Part shown: piece after piece, positions 18,567 to 28,844 of the stretch
Layout: the number at the start of each line of letters is the position of its first letter
Numbering within the stretch: the first letter of the stretch is position 1
DNA from: a virus
Taxonomy: Duplodnaviria; Caudoviricetes
Reading direction: 5' to 3' (one strand)
Virus record (IMG/VR): IMGVR_UViG_3300032327_000792
DNA: 64,000 nt
Program-made: the position numbers and the translations under genes
The notes under the pieces: generated by a model
Told to the model about the DNA's origin: nothing
The model's input: only the letters and a program-made list of their open reading frames with translations
Databases searched by the model: none

Positions 18567-19700
18567 TTAGCTGCCCACATAGGGTTCACCTTCACCAAGA
18601 TTGGTCACAGAAATAGTGCCTTCGTTGTTACAATCAAATGTTTGTGCCAACGAAACACCAAATGCATCTGTGGTTACTCCCTGTAAATCACCATAGTCGC
18701 CAAACGGAAAATCAGTAATTGTGCCGTAGGCTAAACTATTCCACCCAGCACCGTCAAAAGTTTCAAATACACCCACTGTTGTGTTGTATCGAATAGCACC
18801 CAGCACTTCGCTTCGTTGTGCGGTTGTTCCGACGGGTACTGCAAAACTTCCAGAATTGTCAATGATCAGGTCACCGTTTGCCGATTCAGTAATAATACTG
18901 TTGCCTAGATAAATTGTATTACCAGAAAGATATAAGTTTGCCCATCGATTCGTGGCATTTCCTAAACTGTAGGTTACGTCTTGTTTTGGTATAAGATCAG
19001 ATACTACAGTTGTTACAGACAGTCCAGCACTGGAAATATTACCAGTTATTGACATCCCACTGGGACTAAACACTGCTACGTTGCCAACACCGTTGACTCC
19101 GACTGTAACATTACCATTGGAACTAACAACATTGACATTGGAGGTTCCGTTAGATATTGAATTTAAACTGATGCCAGTTACACCAATTGTAACTGTTTTA
19201 CTAGTGTTGTTACCAACAATACTGATATTGTTGCCTGCTGACAGTGTTAGTACATCGCCCACACCGGTGGCCAACACTGCTGTATTGTTGGCATACACAT
19301 TACCGAACGCAAACGCCGAATTCTGTTGAAATACCAACGATGATGTACCGATTATAATCGGATCATTGGTTATCAGTTTCCACTGTGTGTCAGCATATGT
19401 CAATCCTTCTGTGACCATCACAATGGTTCCGGCCAGTAATTCACCAGTGACGTTAGTGTCAGAACTTCGAGTCCAGGTACCGTTGGAACCAGATCCTACT
19501 GTGTCAACATCGTAAATACCATTTTGTGATTGAGTTGTTTGACCAGTGACCAACACGCGGTCGTTTACGGAAAGATTGACTCCGTCAACCAGACTGGGTG
19601 CTCCTCCACTGAGAGCAATGTTAGAGACTGTGATTACTCGAGTGGCTTGCTTGTAATCTATGTCATAGATTTGCGAAGCACGGGGTCTAGTTAATGCCAT
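18567..19700 (-). CDS. Tail fibre-associated protein
   Basis: GGAP..VDG..L...DRVLV..Q....QNG.Y module and PVGTTAQR...RYNT module shared with neighbouring fibres. Confidence 0.75.
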   Translation of the reverse strand: MALTRPRASQIYDIDYKQATRVITVSNIALSGGAPSLVDGVNLSVNDRVLVTGQTTQSQNGIYDVDTVGSGSNGTWTRSSDTNVTGELLAGTIVMVTEGLTYADTQWKLITNDPIIIGTSSLVFQQNSAFAFGNVYANNTAVLATGVGDVLTLSAGNNISIVGNNTSKTVTIGVTGISLNSISNGTSNVNVVSSNGNVTVGVNGVGNVAVFSPSGMSITGNISSAGLSVTTVVSDLIPKQDVTYSLGNATNRWANLYLSGNTIYLGNSIITESANGDLIIDNSGSFAVPVGTTAQRSEVLGAIRYNTTVGVFETFDGAGWNSLAYGTITDFPFGDYGDLQGVTTDAFGVSLAQTFDCNNEGTISVTNLGEGEPYVGS

Positions 19701-19722
19701 TGTTTTTCACCATGTTATGATA

Positions 19723-19729
19723 TATTTAG
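19723..19729 (-). promoter_or_regulatory. Late promoter CTAAATA
   Basis: Immediately after the terminator; similar boxes at 18564, 28115 and 29465. Confidence 0.65.
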
Positions 19730-19731
19730 TC

Positions 19732-19760
19732 AAAAAAATAGGACTCCGAAGAGTCCTATT
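19732..19760 (-). terminator. Intrinsic terminator after the long fibre gene
   Basis: AATAGGACTC-TTCG-GAGTCCTATT followed by Ts. Confidence 0.9.
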
Positions 19761-19780
19761 TTGACTAGATTAATTCTAGT

Positions 19781-22700
19781 TTAGAAGCGTCCAACTACCA
19801 CTTCTATTGTTGCATCGCCTTCGCTGTCTGCAAGAGCTTTACCAATCACAGTACCAACTTTTGGATCTGCTTCGGCACGAGCCTTACCATTTCCAGCAAC
19901 AACCATCAAATCACCTTTCTTGACTGAACCAGTGACTTGACATGGTACACGACCTGTCAACGCTACAGTTGCAACAAACTCACCAGCACATTCACTGTTC
20001 ATGATGTAACTTGGATTTGTAGACACCACGCCAGCAACCTTGCGGTCTGCATCTGCGGAAGCTAAAGTAACTTCAGCATCACCGCCAAACGATACCACTG
20101 TTCCTGGTGCATACTCTGCGTCAGCTGTGTATTTCTCAGCCAAGTCAGCGTATTGTGCTGATGTTGCTTTGGCAAATACAGTGTTGAAAGCATTAGTTGA
20201 TGATCCAATATTACCTACACCGTTGGCATTAGCATTAACAATACTTCCGGTTGTGAGTGATCCAGTGCCCAATGTTAAACCTGCAGTAGAGAACACTGCT
20301 ACGTTACTTGTGCCACCAACACTGATATTGGCATTGCCACTGGCAGTTTGGATATCAAAGCTGGTTGTACCGTTTTGGATACGATCGCCCAAGATGTTTC
20401 CACTTAGCGTTGCATTACCTGTCACACTCAAATCACCTTGAATTGCTACCAATCCTGCGCTGATTGTTTGTACAGTTGTGCCTGCTATGTTGGCGCGGAT
20501 GTTGCCACCATTGGAAACAACTGTCATGTTACTTGTGCCAGACGTGATAGCAGTACTATTGATGTTTCCGCCTATAATGGTGCCAGCAACACTAAGGTCT
20601 CCAGTAACTGCAACAACGTTACTACCGTCTTGTACGGCTACTACTGCTGTACCGGCACTGTTGCTGATACTGTAGACTTGCGTTGTTGTTACCAACACAC
20701 GAACGTCAATCAAGTCACCTGCAGCAGGAGCTTCGGTGAATGTCAATGTTGTACCTGTTACAGCATAGGCTATGGTTGGAATCTGTTGTACACCGTTGAT
20801 ACTGACAATCGATCCAGCTGTTGTGGCGTTGGCACTGAGTGTGAACACCGCAGTGGATCCATCACCGTTGAACTGTTGATCAGTAATCAATGTAAAGTCA
20901 GGTTGTCCAACTGCTACCCAAGCACTGTTGTCATACAATTCTAAACTGTTGATTGTGGTATTGAAACGGAACTGACCTGTTACACCTGCTGGACGTTGTT
21001 GAGTGTTACCAACCGGCATCAAGATTGAGTTGGTTGCATTGAACGCCACAACAGAGTTTGTGGTTTGTGTTGCTGAACCAAAACTTGCTGTTCCTGTACC
21101 TGCATCAATATAAAACACGTTGGCCACTGTGTCGCCGTTGACAGCAAAGTCAACATCACCACCGGCTGTGTTGAAGTTTACGCGACCATTGGTGTCAGTG
21201 ATATCATCACCTGAGATTACAATGTTGCCACCTTTTAATTGACCAGCTGTTGCAATATTGCCACCAGTGATGTTGCCAGTGGCACTCACTGTTCCACCTG
21301 TGTCTACATTGCCACCAGTGATTGTTGCGGTAGCACTTACTGTTCCACCTGTTGCAACGTTACCGCCTGTGATAGTTGATGTTGCACTTACCGTTCCGCC
21401 TGTGGCCAAATTACCAGTGGTTGTTGTACCAACAACACTCAAACTTGTCAATGCACCAACACTGGTTAGGCTTGAAGCAAGCACATTTGGTGCAAGGAAC
21501 ACGCCTGTCAATGTTTCAGCATTGGCTGAACTGGCTGTAACACCTGTCAACTGTGAACCATTACCAATAAAGAAGCTGGAAGGGTTGGCTGTGATATTAC
21601 CACCAGCACTTACAGTACCGCCAGTGGCAATGTTGCCACCTGTAATAGTAGCAGAACTTGTAATTGTGCTAGTTGCAGAAATTAATCCGCCGGTTAATAA
21701 GTTAGCACCAGTGATATTGCCACCTACACTTGCTGTACCACCAGTTGCTAAATTACCACCAGTTACTGTACTTGTGGCACTGATCAATCCGCCTGTTAAT
21801 ACATTTCCACCAGTGATGTTGCCTGTGCCTGATATGGTTCCACCTGTGGCAATGTTACCACCAGTGATTGTGTCGGCACTGGTGATTGTACCAGTTGCAC
21901 TTATTGTACCACCTGTTGCAACGTTGCCTGCTGTGGCTGTGCCTGTGGCACTTACTGTACCGGCAGTTGCTAAATTACCAACTGTGGCTGTTCCAACTGC
22001 TGACAAGAAACCAAGACTTGAAATGTTGCCGCCGGTGACCGTGCCAGTTACATTGGCTGTACCACTGGTTACAAGACTACCACCAGTGATTGAACCAGTG
22101 GCACTGATCAATCCGCCTGTTAATACGTTACCACCAGTTACATTACCAGTAGCACTTACTGTACCGCCAGTGGCAATGTTACCACCAGTGATTGTTGCAG
22201 TAGCACTTACTGTTCCACCAGTGGCAATGTTGCCTACTGTGGCTGTGCCAGCAGCACTTACTGTACCACCTGTTGCAATATTGCCGCCTGTGATTGTGTC
22301 GCCACCTGTGATTGTGCCAGTTACACTAGCACTTGTGCCTGTGATTACTCCACCAACCACACTAGCGGCTGTTACTGTACCAGTCACACTTACACTTGTA
22401 CCGGTTGCCGCACCAATGTTGGGTGTAGTCAAGGTAGCACCAGCTGGAATACTGATCTGTCCAGAGCCGTTAAATGCTATTGTAGTTGTGTCTACTTTGG
22501 CATTGAATACTGTACCAATCAAACTCAAACCAGCACTGGTGTTGGCTGTGTAAATTTGTGAACTGCTGAACTGAGCAAATTCAATGTCGCTGGTACCAAA
22601 TGTGATAGTGCCTGTGGGTGCGTCAACAATATAGGCTGATCCTGCGTTCACGTTACCGCTTTGTACAAAGAAGTAGTCGTTGATACTGAGAGCATTTGCA

Positions 22701-24901
22701 TCAGCCGGACCATAGGTATTTGTGTCTGTACTACGAACAATGGTTGTGGAGTTTGACCAAACATAAACACCGTTTTGCACAGCATTGGCCTGATTTTTGA
22801 CCAAGATACGTGTTCCCACAGTCTGTATGTTGGCTGTGTCAATGAGATTGAATGTACCTGTGGTAGTTAGTGTGGCTCCTTGTCCGTTGCCGGCTCCGTT
22901 GGGCTGAGCATAGGTCACAGTACCACCTGTGGCTGCGTTTAGATTGCCAACGGTGGCTGCCAACACTGCATCATGATAAGAAATTCCAGTGGTTACTTTA
23001 TTGTCAACATAGGCTTTGTTTGCGGCATCGCTGTCGTCTGTTGGAGTTGCAACACCGTGGATGTGTGCGTTATTGACTTCAATCAAGGAATTGGCACTGG
23101 CCAATACGATGTTACCAGCTGTAATTGTTAGGTTGCCAAGGCCATTAAGAGTTCTCAAACTATTAGTATCAACAGCACCGCTGGTTAAAATGTTACCACC
23201 TGTAATGTTGCCAGTAGCACTTACTGTACCACCTGTGGCCAAATTGCCACCAGTGATTGTATTGGCACTGGTAATTGTACCAGTTGCACTTACTGTGCCA
23301 CCTGTTGCAATGTTACCACCTGTGATGGTTGATGTTGCACTTACTGTTCCACCCGTTGCAATATTACCTGCTGTGGCTGTACCTGCAGCACTTACAGTAC
23401 CACCTGTGGCCAAGTTACCGCCAGTGATTGTTCCTGTGCCAGATATTGTACCACCTGTGGCTACGTTACCACCAGTGATTGTTCCTGTGGCACTTACTGT
23501 ACCACCTGTGGCTATGTTGCCACCAGTTACAGTACCAGTTGAGCTTACTAGGCCGCCTGTTAAAACATTGGCGCCTGTGATATTGCCTGTGGCACTTACT
23601 GTACCACCAGTTGCAACGTTGCCACCAGTGATTGTGTCGGCACTGGTAATTGTACCAGTAGCACTTACTGTACCGCCCGTGGCTAAATTACCCACAGTAG
23701 CTGTGCCTGCAGCACTTACTGTACCACCTGTGGCGACGTTACCACCAGTAATAGTTGATGTTGCACTCACAGTACCGCCAGTTGCAACGTTACCGCCAGT
23801 AACAGTACCAGTAGAACTTACGGTTCCACCTGTGGCTAAGTTGCCGCCAGTGATTGTTGCGGTAGCACTTACTGTTCCACCTGTTGCAATGTTACCTGCT
23901 GTGGCTGTACCAGTGGCACTTACTGTACCACCTGTGGCCAAGTTACCAGTTTGTGTTGTACCGACAACACTCAAACTTGTCAATGCACCAACACTGGTCA
24001 AACTTGATGCAAGTACATTGGGTGCAAGGAATACACCTGTCAATGTTTCAGCATTGGCTGAGCTAGCTACAACGCCTGTTAATTGTGATCCGTTACCAAT
24101 AAAGAAACTGGAAGGATTGGCTGTGATATTACCACCAGCACTTACAGTACCGCCAGTGGCAATATTGCCACCAGTTACTGTACTTGTGGCACTTACAGTA
24201 CCGCCAGTGGCTAAGTTGCCGCCAGTTACTGTACTTGTGGCACTTACAGTTGATGCAGTTACACCAGTTGTGGCATTTAGATTTGCACCGTTGATGTTGC
24301 CAGTTGTGGCAATAAGACCACTGCCTGCTGATACATTACCGCCTGTGATATTGCCAGTTGCGGAAACCAATCCGGCTGTCAATAAGTTGCCGCCTGTGAT
24401 ACTGCCTGTTACGTTTAATGCACTTGTGACGTTGCCTACCAAACTTGTTGTGCCATTGATTACTAAATTACCAGCAACGTTGGCATTGTTGGTATGAAAG
24501 TTTGCATAACTGGAGATTGTAACTACAGTATTTGTGATCAAATCTGTTGTGAAGCCTGTCACAAATTCGCCGGCGCTTTCGTCCCAAACAAATGCAATAT
24601 TTTCAGATGTACCACGCTCGCCAATAAAACCAATGTCAACAGTAGGACTTCCTGTTTGATTTGAAGCCAATACAATGATTGGATCTTCAATAACAGTACT
24701 GACTGTGTCAATGGTTGTGGTTTGACCGTTGACTGTCAAGTTACCAGTGATGGTTAAATCACTGCCGTATGTCAAATTGTTGGCAATTTTGCCAGCAGTA
24801 ATTGAGTTATCTTGAATTTTTGTGCTGGCATTGATACCAACAATTGCATTACCGGCTGAGGAGTCGGTGATCTGATTATTTTTAATTCTTGTGACGGCCA
24901 T
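19781..24901 (-). CDS. Long tail fibre with 17-aa Thr/Gly repeats
   Basis: 1706 aa; two arrays of ITGGNIATGGTVSATGT-type units; C-terminal YADLAEKY chaperone-like domain. Confidence 0.85.
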   Translation of the reverse strand: MAVTRIKNNQITDSSAGNAIVGINASTKIQDNSITAGKIANNLTYGSDLTITGNLTVNGQTTTIDTVSTVIEDPIIVLASNQTGSPTVDIGFIGERGTSENIAFVWDESAGEFVTGFTTDLITNTVVTISSYANFHTNNANVAGNLVINGTTSLVGNVTSALNVTGSITGGNLLTAGLVSATGNITGGNVSAGSGLIATTGNINGANLNATTGVTASTVSATSTVTGGNLATGGTVSATSTVTGGNIATGGTVSAGGNITANPSSFFIGNGSQLTGVVASSANAETLTGVFLAPNVLASSLTSVGALTSLSVVGTTQTGNLATGGTVSATGTATAGNIATGGTVSATATITGGNLATGGTVSSTGTVTGGNVATGGTVSATSTITGGNVATGGTVSAAGTATVGNLATGGTVSATGTITSADTITGGNVATGGTVSATGNITGANVLTGGLVSSTGTVTGGNIATGGTVSATGTITGGNVATGGTISGTGTITGGNLATGGTVSAAGTATAGNIATGGTVSATSTITGGNIATGGTVSATGTITSANTITGGNLATGGTVSATGNITGGNILTSGAVDTNSLRTLNGLGNLTITAGNIVLASANSLIEVNNAHIHGVATPTDDSDAANKAYVDNKVTTGISYHDAVLAATVGNLNAATGGTVTYAQPNGAGNGQGATLTTTGTFNLIDTANIQTVGTRILVKNQANAVQNGVYVWSNSTTIVRSTDTNTYGPADANALSINDYFFVQSGNVNAGSAYIVDAPTGTITFGTSDIEFAQFSSSQIYTANTSAGLSLIGTVFNAKVDTTTIAFNGSGQISIPAGATLTTPNIGAATGTSVSVTGTVTAASVVGGVITGTSASVTGTITGGDTITGGNIATGGTVSAAGTATVGNIATGGTVSATATITGGNIATGGTVSATGNVTGGNVLTGGLISATGSITGGSLVTSGTANVTGTVTGGNISSLGFLSAVGTATVGNLATAGTVSATGTATAGNVATGGTISATGTITSADTITGGNIATGGTISGTGNITGGNVLTGGLISATSTVTGGNLATGGTASVGGNITGANLLTGGLISATSTITSSATITGGNIATGGTVSAGGNITANPSSFFIGNGSQLTGVTASSANAETLTGVFLAPNVLASSLTSVGALTSLSVVGTTTTGNLATGGTVSATSTITGGNVATGGTVSATATITGGNVDTGGTVSATGNITGGNIATAGQLKGGNIVISGDDITDTNGRVNFNTAGGDVDFAVNGDTVANVFYIDAGTGTASFGSATQTTNSVVAFNATNSILMPVGNTQQRPAGVTGQFRFNTTINSLELYDNSAWVAVGQPDFTLITDQQFNGDGSTAVFTLSANATTAGSIVSINGVQQIPTIAYAVTGTTLTFTEAPAAGDLIDVRVLVTTTQVYSISNSAGTAVVAVQDGSNVVAVTGDLSVAGTIIGGNINSTAITSGTSNMTVVSNGGNIRANIAGTTVQTISAGLVAIQGDLSVTGNATLSGNILGDRIQNGTTSFDIQTASGNANISVGGTSNVAVFSTAGLTLGTGSLTTGSIVNANANGVGNIGSSTNAFNTVFAKATSAQYADLAEKYTADAEYAPGTVVSFGGDAEVTLASADADRKVAGVVSTNPSYIMNSECAGEFVATVALTGRVPCQVTGSVKKGDLMVVAGNGKARAEADPKVGTVIGKALADSEGDATIEVVVGRF
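21240..22400 (-). repeat. Array 2 of degenerate 51-nt (17-aa) tandem repeats in the long fibre
   Basis: Same unit as array 1; bounds approximate. Confidence 0.9.
23190..24400 (-). repeat. Array 1 of degenerate 51-nt (17-aa) tandem repeats in the long fibre
   Basis: Recurrent GCACTTACTGTACCACCTGTGGC-type units on the + strand; bounds approximate. Confidence 0.9.
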
Positions 24902-24991
24902 TTTATAGTCTCCAGTTGGCGTTTCCTACTATACTAGCTTTTTGAGCTAGTTTGTTAAAATCCTTTGCCGTGAAAATTCGCGGCTATGACT

Positions 24992-24999
24992 TATTTACC
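24992..24999 (-). promoter_or_regulatory. Late promoter GGTAAATA (long fibre); second box GATAAATA at 25104-25111
   Basis: Two boxes in the 245-nt gap. Confidence 0.65.
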
Positions 25000-25146
25000 A
25001 TGGCCTGGTGATTTTGAGCTATGCTGATTGTATTTTGGTGATATTTGCTCTGGAGTGAATTGGTGTTACTGACTAGACAGCGGTGGTCTTTGAGGGTGCA
25101 ATATATTTATCGTTAGATCATAAATTCAGTGAGTTAGCTGAGATTT

Positions 25147-26151
25147 TTACAAGAATCGCACGTCTATGACATCACCAACCGCGGGTGCTTCGTTGAAAGT
25201 GAGGATATTGTTGCCTACTCCGGACACAACATATGATGCAGTAGGTAACTGCACAATACCGTTGAGCATGACCAAAGTTGCTCCGGTGGTGGATTTGCGT
25301 GCCAGTGTAAAAGCAACAGTGCTTCCGTCACCGTTGAATGTTTCATTGGTAACTCCGCCAGCAACTACATCCCATTCGGTGCCATCATAATATTCAATTC
25401 TGGTATAATCTGTGTTGAATCTCAGTGTGCCAGTGGTGCCCGGTGATGGACGTTGAACAGTGTTGCCAACCGGTAGTACTAGCCCCGTGGTTGTGTCAAT
25501 GATCACTACTCCATTACCAGTGGGTTCAATCGTGATATTGCCTATTGTTCCATCTGTGGTTATTGTGGTATTGGCAATTTGTAAATTACCAATATTGACG
25601 TTTCCGGGTTGATTTGTTACTCCTAACGCACCCACATATTCATAGCCAGAAACGTAAACCACATTTCCTGCGGTCAACACTGTGGGAATGGTTTCGCCAA
25701 TGAAGTTCAGTACCCCGGCCTGTGTGTCAAAATGATATGCACCAATACCGCCGATACCTGCAGAAAATATCTGTGTACCTGTTGCTTGTATGTTAGCGGC
25801 CGCAGCTGGGCCAACATACACTTTTGGCAACCAAGTGGATCCAAATTGTTGTGGAATCCAATAAGTTACATTGGACAGCCAAGTAGGGCGAATCCCGCCA
25901 ATGAGTGGAACTGTAGTATCTGCCACACACTGTACTGAATTACTGTTTATTCGAGCGTTTGAAATTCCTGGCACAGCTTGAGCCGTTGCGGGTATTTGAT
26001 TACTTTCCATCCAAATAATGTCACCGCGCAGGAATGCCGGCGATGCTATACTTTCGTTTGACGCACTTTTAGTTGCGGCATTGGCTGTTTTTGCAACACC
26101 TTGCAGTTCTTTAAACAGTAGGTCAACGTATTGTGCAATTGATACTGACAT
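25147..26151 (-). CDS. Virion structural / fibre-associated protein
   Basis: 334 aa; C-terminal PVGNTVQRP..RFNT module plus FNGDGSTVAFTL Ig-like module. Confidence 0.7.
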   Translation of the reverse strand: MSVSIAQYVDLLFKELQGVAKTANAATKSASNESIASPAFLRGDIIWMESNQIPATAQAVPGISNARINSNSVQCVADTTVPLIGGIRPTWLSNVTYWIPQQFGSTWLPKVYVGPAAAANIQATGTQIFSAGIGGIGAYHFDTQAGVLNFIGETIPTVLTAGNVVYVSGYEYVGALGVTNQPGNVNIGNLQIANTTITTDGTIGNITIEPTGNGVVIIDTTTGLVLPVGNTVQRPSPGTTGTLRFNTDYTRIEYYDGTEWDVVAGGVTNETFNGDGSTVAFTLARKSTTGATLVMLNGIVQLPTASYVVSGVGNNILTFNEAPAVGDVIDVRFL

Positions 26152-28094
26152 TATGTACTCGGATTCATTGATAAGCCAGTCACTGATTGGCCGGACGTAA
26201 GAGCTATTCTTACATAAATTTCGTTTGTTGCTGTGCTAGAACTTGAAACTGTACCAAAAGTACACGTTTTGTTTGTACTTGCTGTGAACACATTGGGTAT
26301 CACGGCACCGCCAAGACTACAGCCATCAGATCCATTTCCGGGTGCATTGACTCCCGGATAGCCTGCTCCGTTGTAGGCTGCAGTCATATCCATCCATCCA
26401 TTGGCTCCAGAACTGGAATCAATTACTGATCCGGGTAGTGCTACCCACATACCGGCCACATTGCCAGCATAGGTAATGTTAAATTTTGATACGTCGGATC
26501 TCACAAACTTGATAGTAAAATATTGTGTGCCTGATCGACCGGCGCTGAGATTGGGTCCTGCAGGAAGATAGCCAGTGGCATAGTTGGTTTGATCATGCTT
26601 GAGTATACCCTGTACTCCGCTGCCAACTACTGTGGCATCATAGATTTGTAGTGTGCCGGACTGACTGTTAAAAGCAGTTGCGTTAGCAGTATAGGGCGGA
26701 GTATTTCCTGAGCCAGGATTTACAATACGTATGGCATTTCCACTTCCGGTACCCACACCGGTTACCACAATGTTGCCTTCATCAATGGCAGTTGCGTTGC
26801 CTGATTTGTACAGCACAATGTTGGCAAGAGCCGTGGTCAAGGTCAAGGTGCCTGTGGCGTAACTGTTGTTGACACTGAGTTGTGGCCCGGTGGCACTGGC
26901 ACCAAAACCAGTGGTCACTGCGGCTGTGGTAGTAAAGCTGGCTGACTGAAAAGCATTTAGGGTGTTACTGCCAATGTTTGAAGCATTGTAGTTCACACTG
27001 GCCGGTGCTGCGAAACTTCCGCCCGATGTACCACTGGCCAACACATTTGATGTTGGGTAAGTGTTGCCGGACACATTGGCCACTGTGGTGCCAATGGCAA
27101 ATTGATTGACACTGGTATAATGAGGAATTGTACTGGAGTACAATAATGTTGTTGACCCGGGTGGAGTCATTGTGGTACTGGTAAAACTTGGTGTGCTGGG
27201 ACTGCTGTTGTCGTAGTACCAAACAGGTGTGTTGGTATTGCCTGTGGCTGAGTCAGCAATGTAAAGTTCGTTCCACCCAGCCGGAGCAGAGACTCCTGAC
27301 ACAGAAGCAGAAAACACATACCAAAAACCCGCGGCAATGTTGGCATTGGCTGAATTGTAATCAAAGTTGTTGGTTACAACCAAATTGCCACCATAGGTAC
27401 CATTGGCACTGGGATTGGCATTGGTGTTTAGTGTAACGTTGCCAACGTTGGCGCCATTGCGCACAGCAGTGATTGTGCCAGAGTCTCCCGGACCCACTGT
27501 GCTGACAGTGTTTGTGGAATATGTGGCGGCTCGACGAACCGACGTTACTGTAGCTCCGGCTGCAACAGATTTGTTTGCACCCGGAGTATTGTCTGTTTGA
27601 ACAATGTTGGCCATTCTGTAGCTAGCAAGGCTGGCAATTGAAAGAGTCTGACCGCCGGGAAAATTGCTGGGACTCTGCGGAACTAGTTTTCCCAACACTG
27701 TGTTGATTTGAACCATACCGTCTGTGATGTAGGTATTGGCAGTGAGAGTGACTGCATTGCTGATCAAGTTTCCGGCACTGGGTGTACCTAGTATAATGGC
27801 ATTACCTATTACACTGCCGCCAACGTTGCCCACTGCTTGATCTACATAAAATTTAGTAGTGGCATCTGAGTTGGCCACTGGTTGAGCCAAGTTGTTGATA
27901 TTGACATTGCCAGCACTGATATTGCCAATGTTGGAAATAGTCACATTGCCAACTTTGACAACACCAGCTACTTCAAAAGCCGATGATGGCGTTGCTGTGT
28001 TGATACCCACATTGGCGTTGGCAAAGGAAATATTGACGCCACCTCTTTCGAGTACGTCTTTTAACATTTGACCTGCAACGCGACTTATTGCCAT
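26151..28094 (-). CDS. Virion structural protein (Ser/Thr/Asn/Gly-rich beta protein)
   Basis: 647 aa; INNLAQPVANSDATTKFYVD fibre-type motif; late promoter at 28115. Confidence 0.7.
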   Translation of the reverse strand: MAISRVAGQMLKDVLERGGVNISFANANVGINTATPSSAFEVAGVVKVGNVTISNIGNISAGNVNINNLAQPVANSDATTKFYVDQAVGNVGGSVIGNAIILGTPSAGNLISNAVTLTANTYITDGMVQINTVLGKLVPQSPSNFPGGQTLSIASLASYRMANIVQTDNTPGANKSVAAGATVTSVRRAATYSTNTVSTVGPGDSGTITAVRNGANVGNVTLNTNANPSANGTYGGNLVVTNNFDYNSANANIAAGFWYVFSASVSGVSAPAGWNELYIADSATGNTNTPVWYYDNSSPSTPSFTSTTMTPPGSTTLLYSSTIPHYTSVNQFAIGTTVANVSGNTYPTSNVLASGTSGGSFAAPASVNYNASNIGSNTLNAFQSASFTTTAAVTTGFGASATGPQLSVNNSYATGTLTLTTALANIVLYKSGNATAIDEGNIVVTGVGTGSGNAIRIVNPGSGNTPPYTANATAFNSQSGTLQIYDATVVGSGVQGILKHDQTNYATGYLPAGPNLSAGRSGTQYFTIKFVRSDVSKFNITYAGNVAGMWVALPGSVIDSSSGANGWMDMTAAYNGAGYPGVNAPGNGSDGCSLGGAVIPNVFTASTNKTCTFGTVSSSSTATNEIYVRIALTSGQSVTGLSMNPST

Positions 28095-28125
28095 AGATTA
28101 TCCTAGTGATAGGGTATTTAGTTGA

Positions 28126-28521
28126 TTAATTTTGGGTTTGAATGATGTTGATCGGTATGCCTGCCGCAGGAGCACTGGTAAACGTCAATGTAAAACTGCT
28201 GACTGTGTAGGCCACTGTGGGTTCTTGATAGATTGATCCCACAAACACAATCAACTGTGTGGGATCTGAGTATTCGTAATCCAAGGTAAAGGCCACAGTT
28301 GAACCGTTGCCAGTGGCTGTGATTACATCATAGCTTACAACTCCGCCTACACCCATATTTTGAAATATTGTGCCGTTGAAAAATTCGCAGAATCCGGTGT
28401 CGGTGTTGAATCGTATCAGGCCAAACGTTGGGTAATCTGGTCGTTGTGCTGTTGATCCTGTGGGTATTACCACACCAGTGCTGCCACTCTGCAACTGACG
28501 ATTTTTTACAAAATAGCCCAT
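28126..28521 (-). CDS. Small fibre-associated protein
   Basis: 131 aa made almost entirely of the shared PTGSTAQRP..RFNT and GNGSTVAFTL modules. Confidence 0.7.
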   Translation of the reverse strand: MGYFVKNRQLQSGSTGVVIPTGSTAQRPDYPTFGLIRFNTDTGFCEFFNGTIFQNMGVGGVVSYDVITATGNGSTVAFTLDYEYSDPTQLIVFVGSIYQEPTVAYTVSSFTLTFTSAPAAGIPINIIQTQN

Positions 28522-28835
28522 TAAATTGTTGTGAAGCTGACCACAGTGGTAACTGAATTATTCACATTGGCATTGGCCTGCAATGTGTCCCCGTTGGACA
28601 ACAACAGTTTTTCCCCACCAACATACAACTGATAGGTGTCACCGGGTGTGATCTCTAAATTTTTAATGATCACATTAAGGTTGCCCACTGCGTTACCGTT
28701 GGGTACCACGTACACATTGGCCGTGATGTTGCCTGTGGAATAATTACACAGACTTGCAAATGTGATAGCTGTATTTCCTGTGCTGGTATACACTGCAGAG
28801 GCTGCTGTGGTTACGTTTGCTACTTGAATCGTCAT
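28521..28835 (-). CDS. Small virion protein
   Basis: 104 aa, beta-rich, translationally coupled to its neighbours. Confidence 0.65.
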   Translation of the reverse strand: MTIQVANVTTAASAVYTSTGNTAITFASLCNYSTGNITANVYVVPNGNAVGNLNVIIKNLEITPGDTYQLYVGGEKLLLSNGDTLQANANVNNSVTTVVSFTTI

Positions 28836-28844
28836 GATTTTTCC

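Noticed and set aside
17945-20510. Diversity-generating retroelement (Mtd-like N-terminus plus TR/VR-like duplicate)
   Set aside because: Differences between the two copies are mixed and largely synonymous, not adenine-specific. Both copies are coding, and there is no reverse transcriptase in the window.
21240-24400. CRISPR-like array
   Set aside because: The repeats are degenerate, in-frame coding units with no unique spacers; no cas genes.
21258-24497. Long + strand ORFs (431 aa and 493 aa) and other antisense ORFs in the track
   Set aside because: Shadows of the minus-strand genes caused by codon bias in the repeats; no promoter, SD or recognisable motifs.
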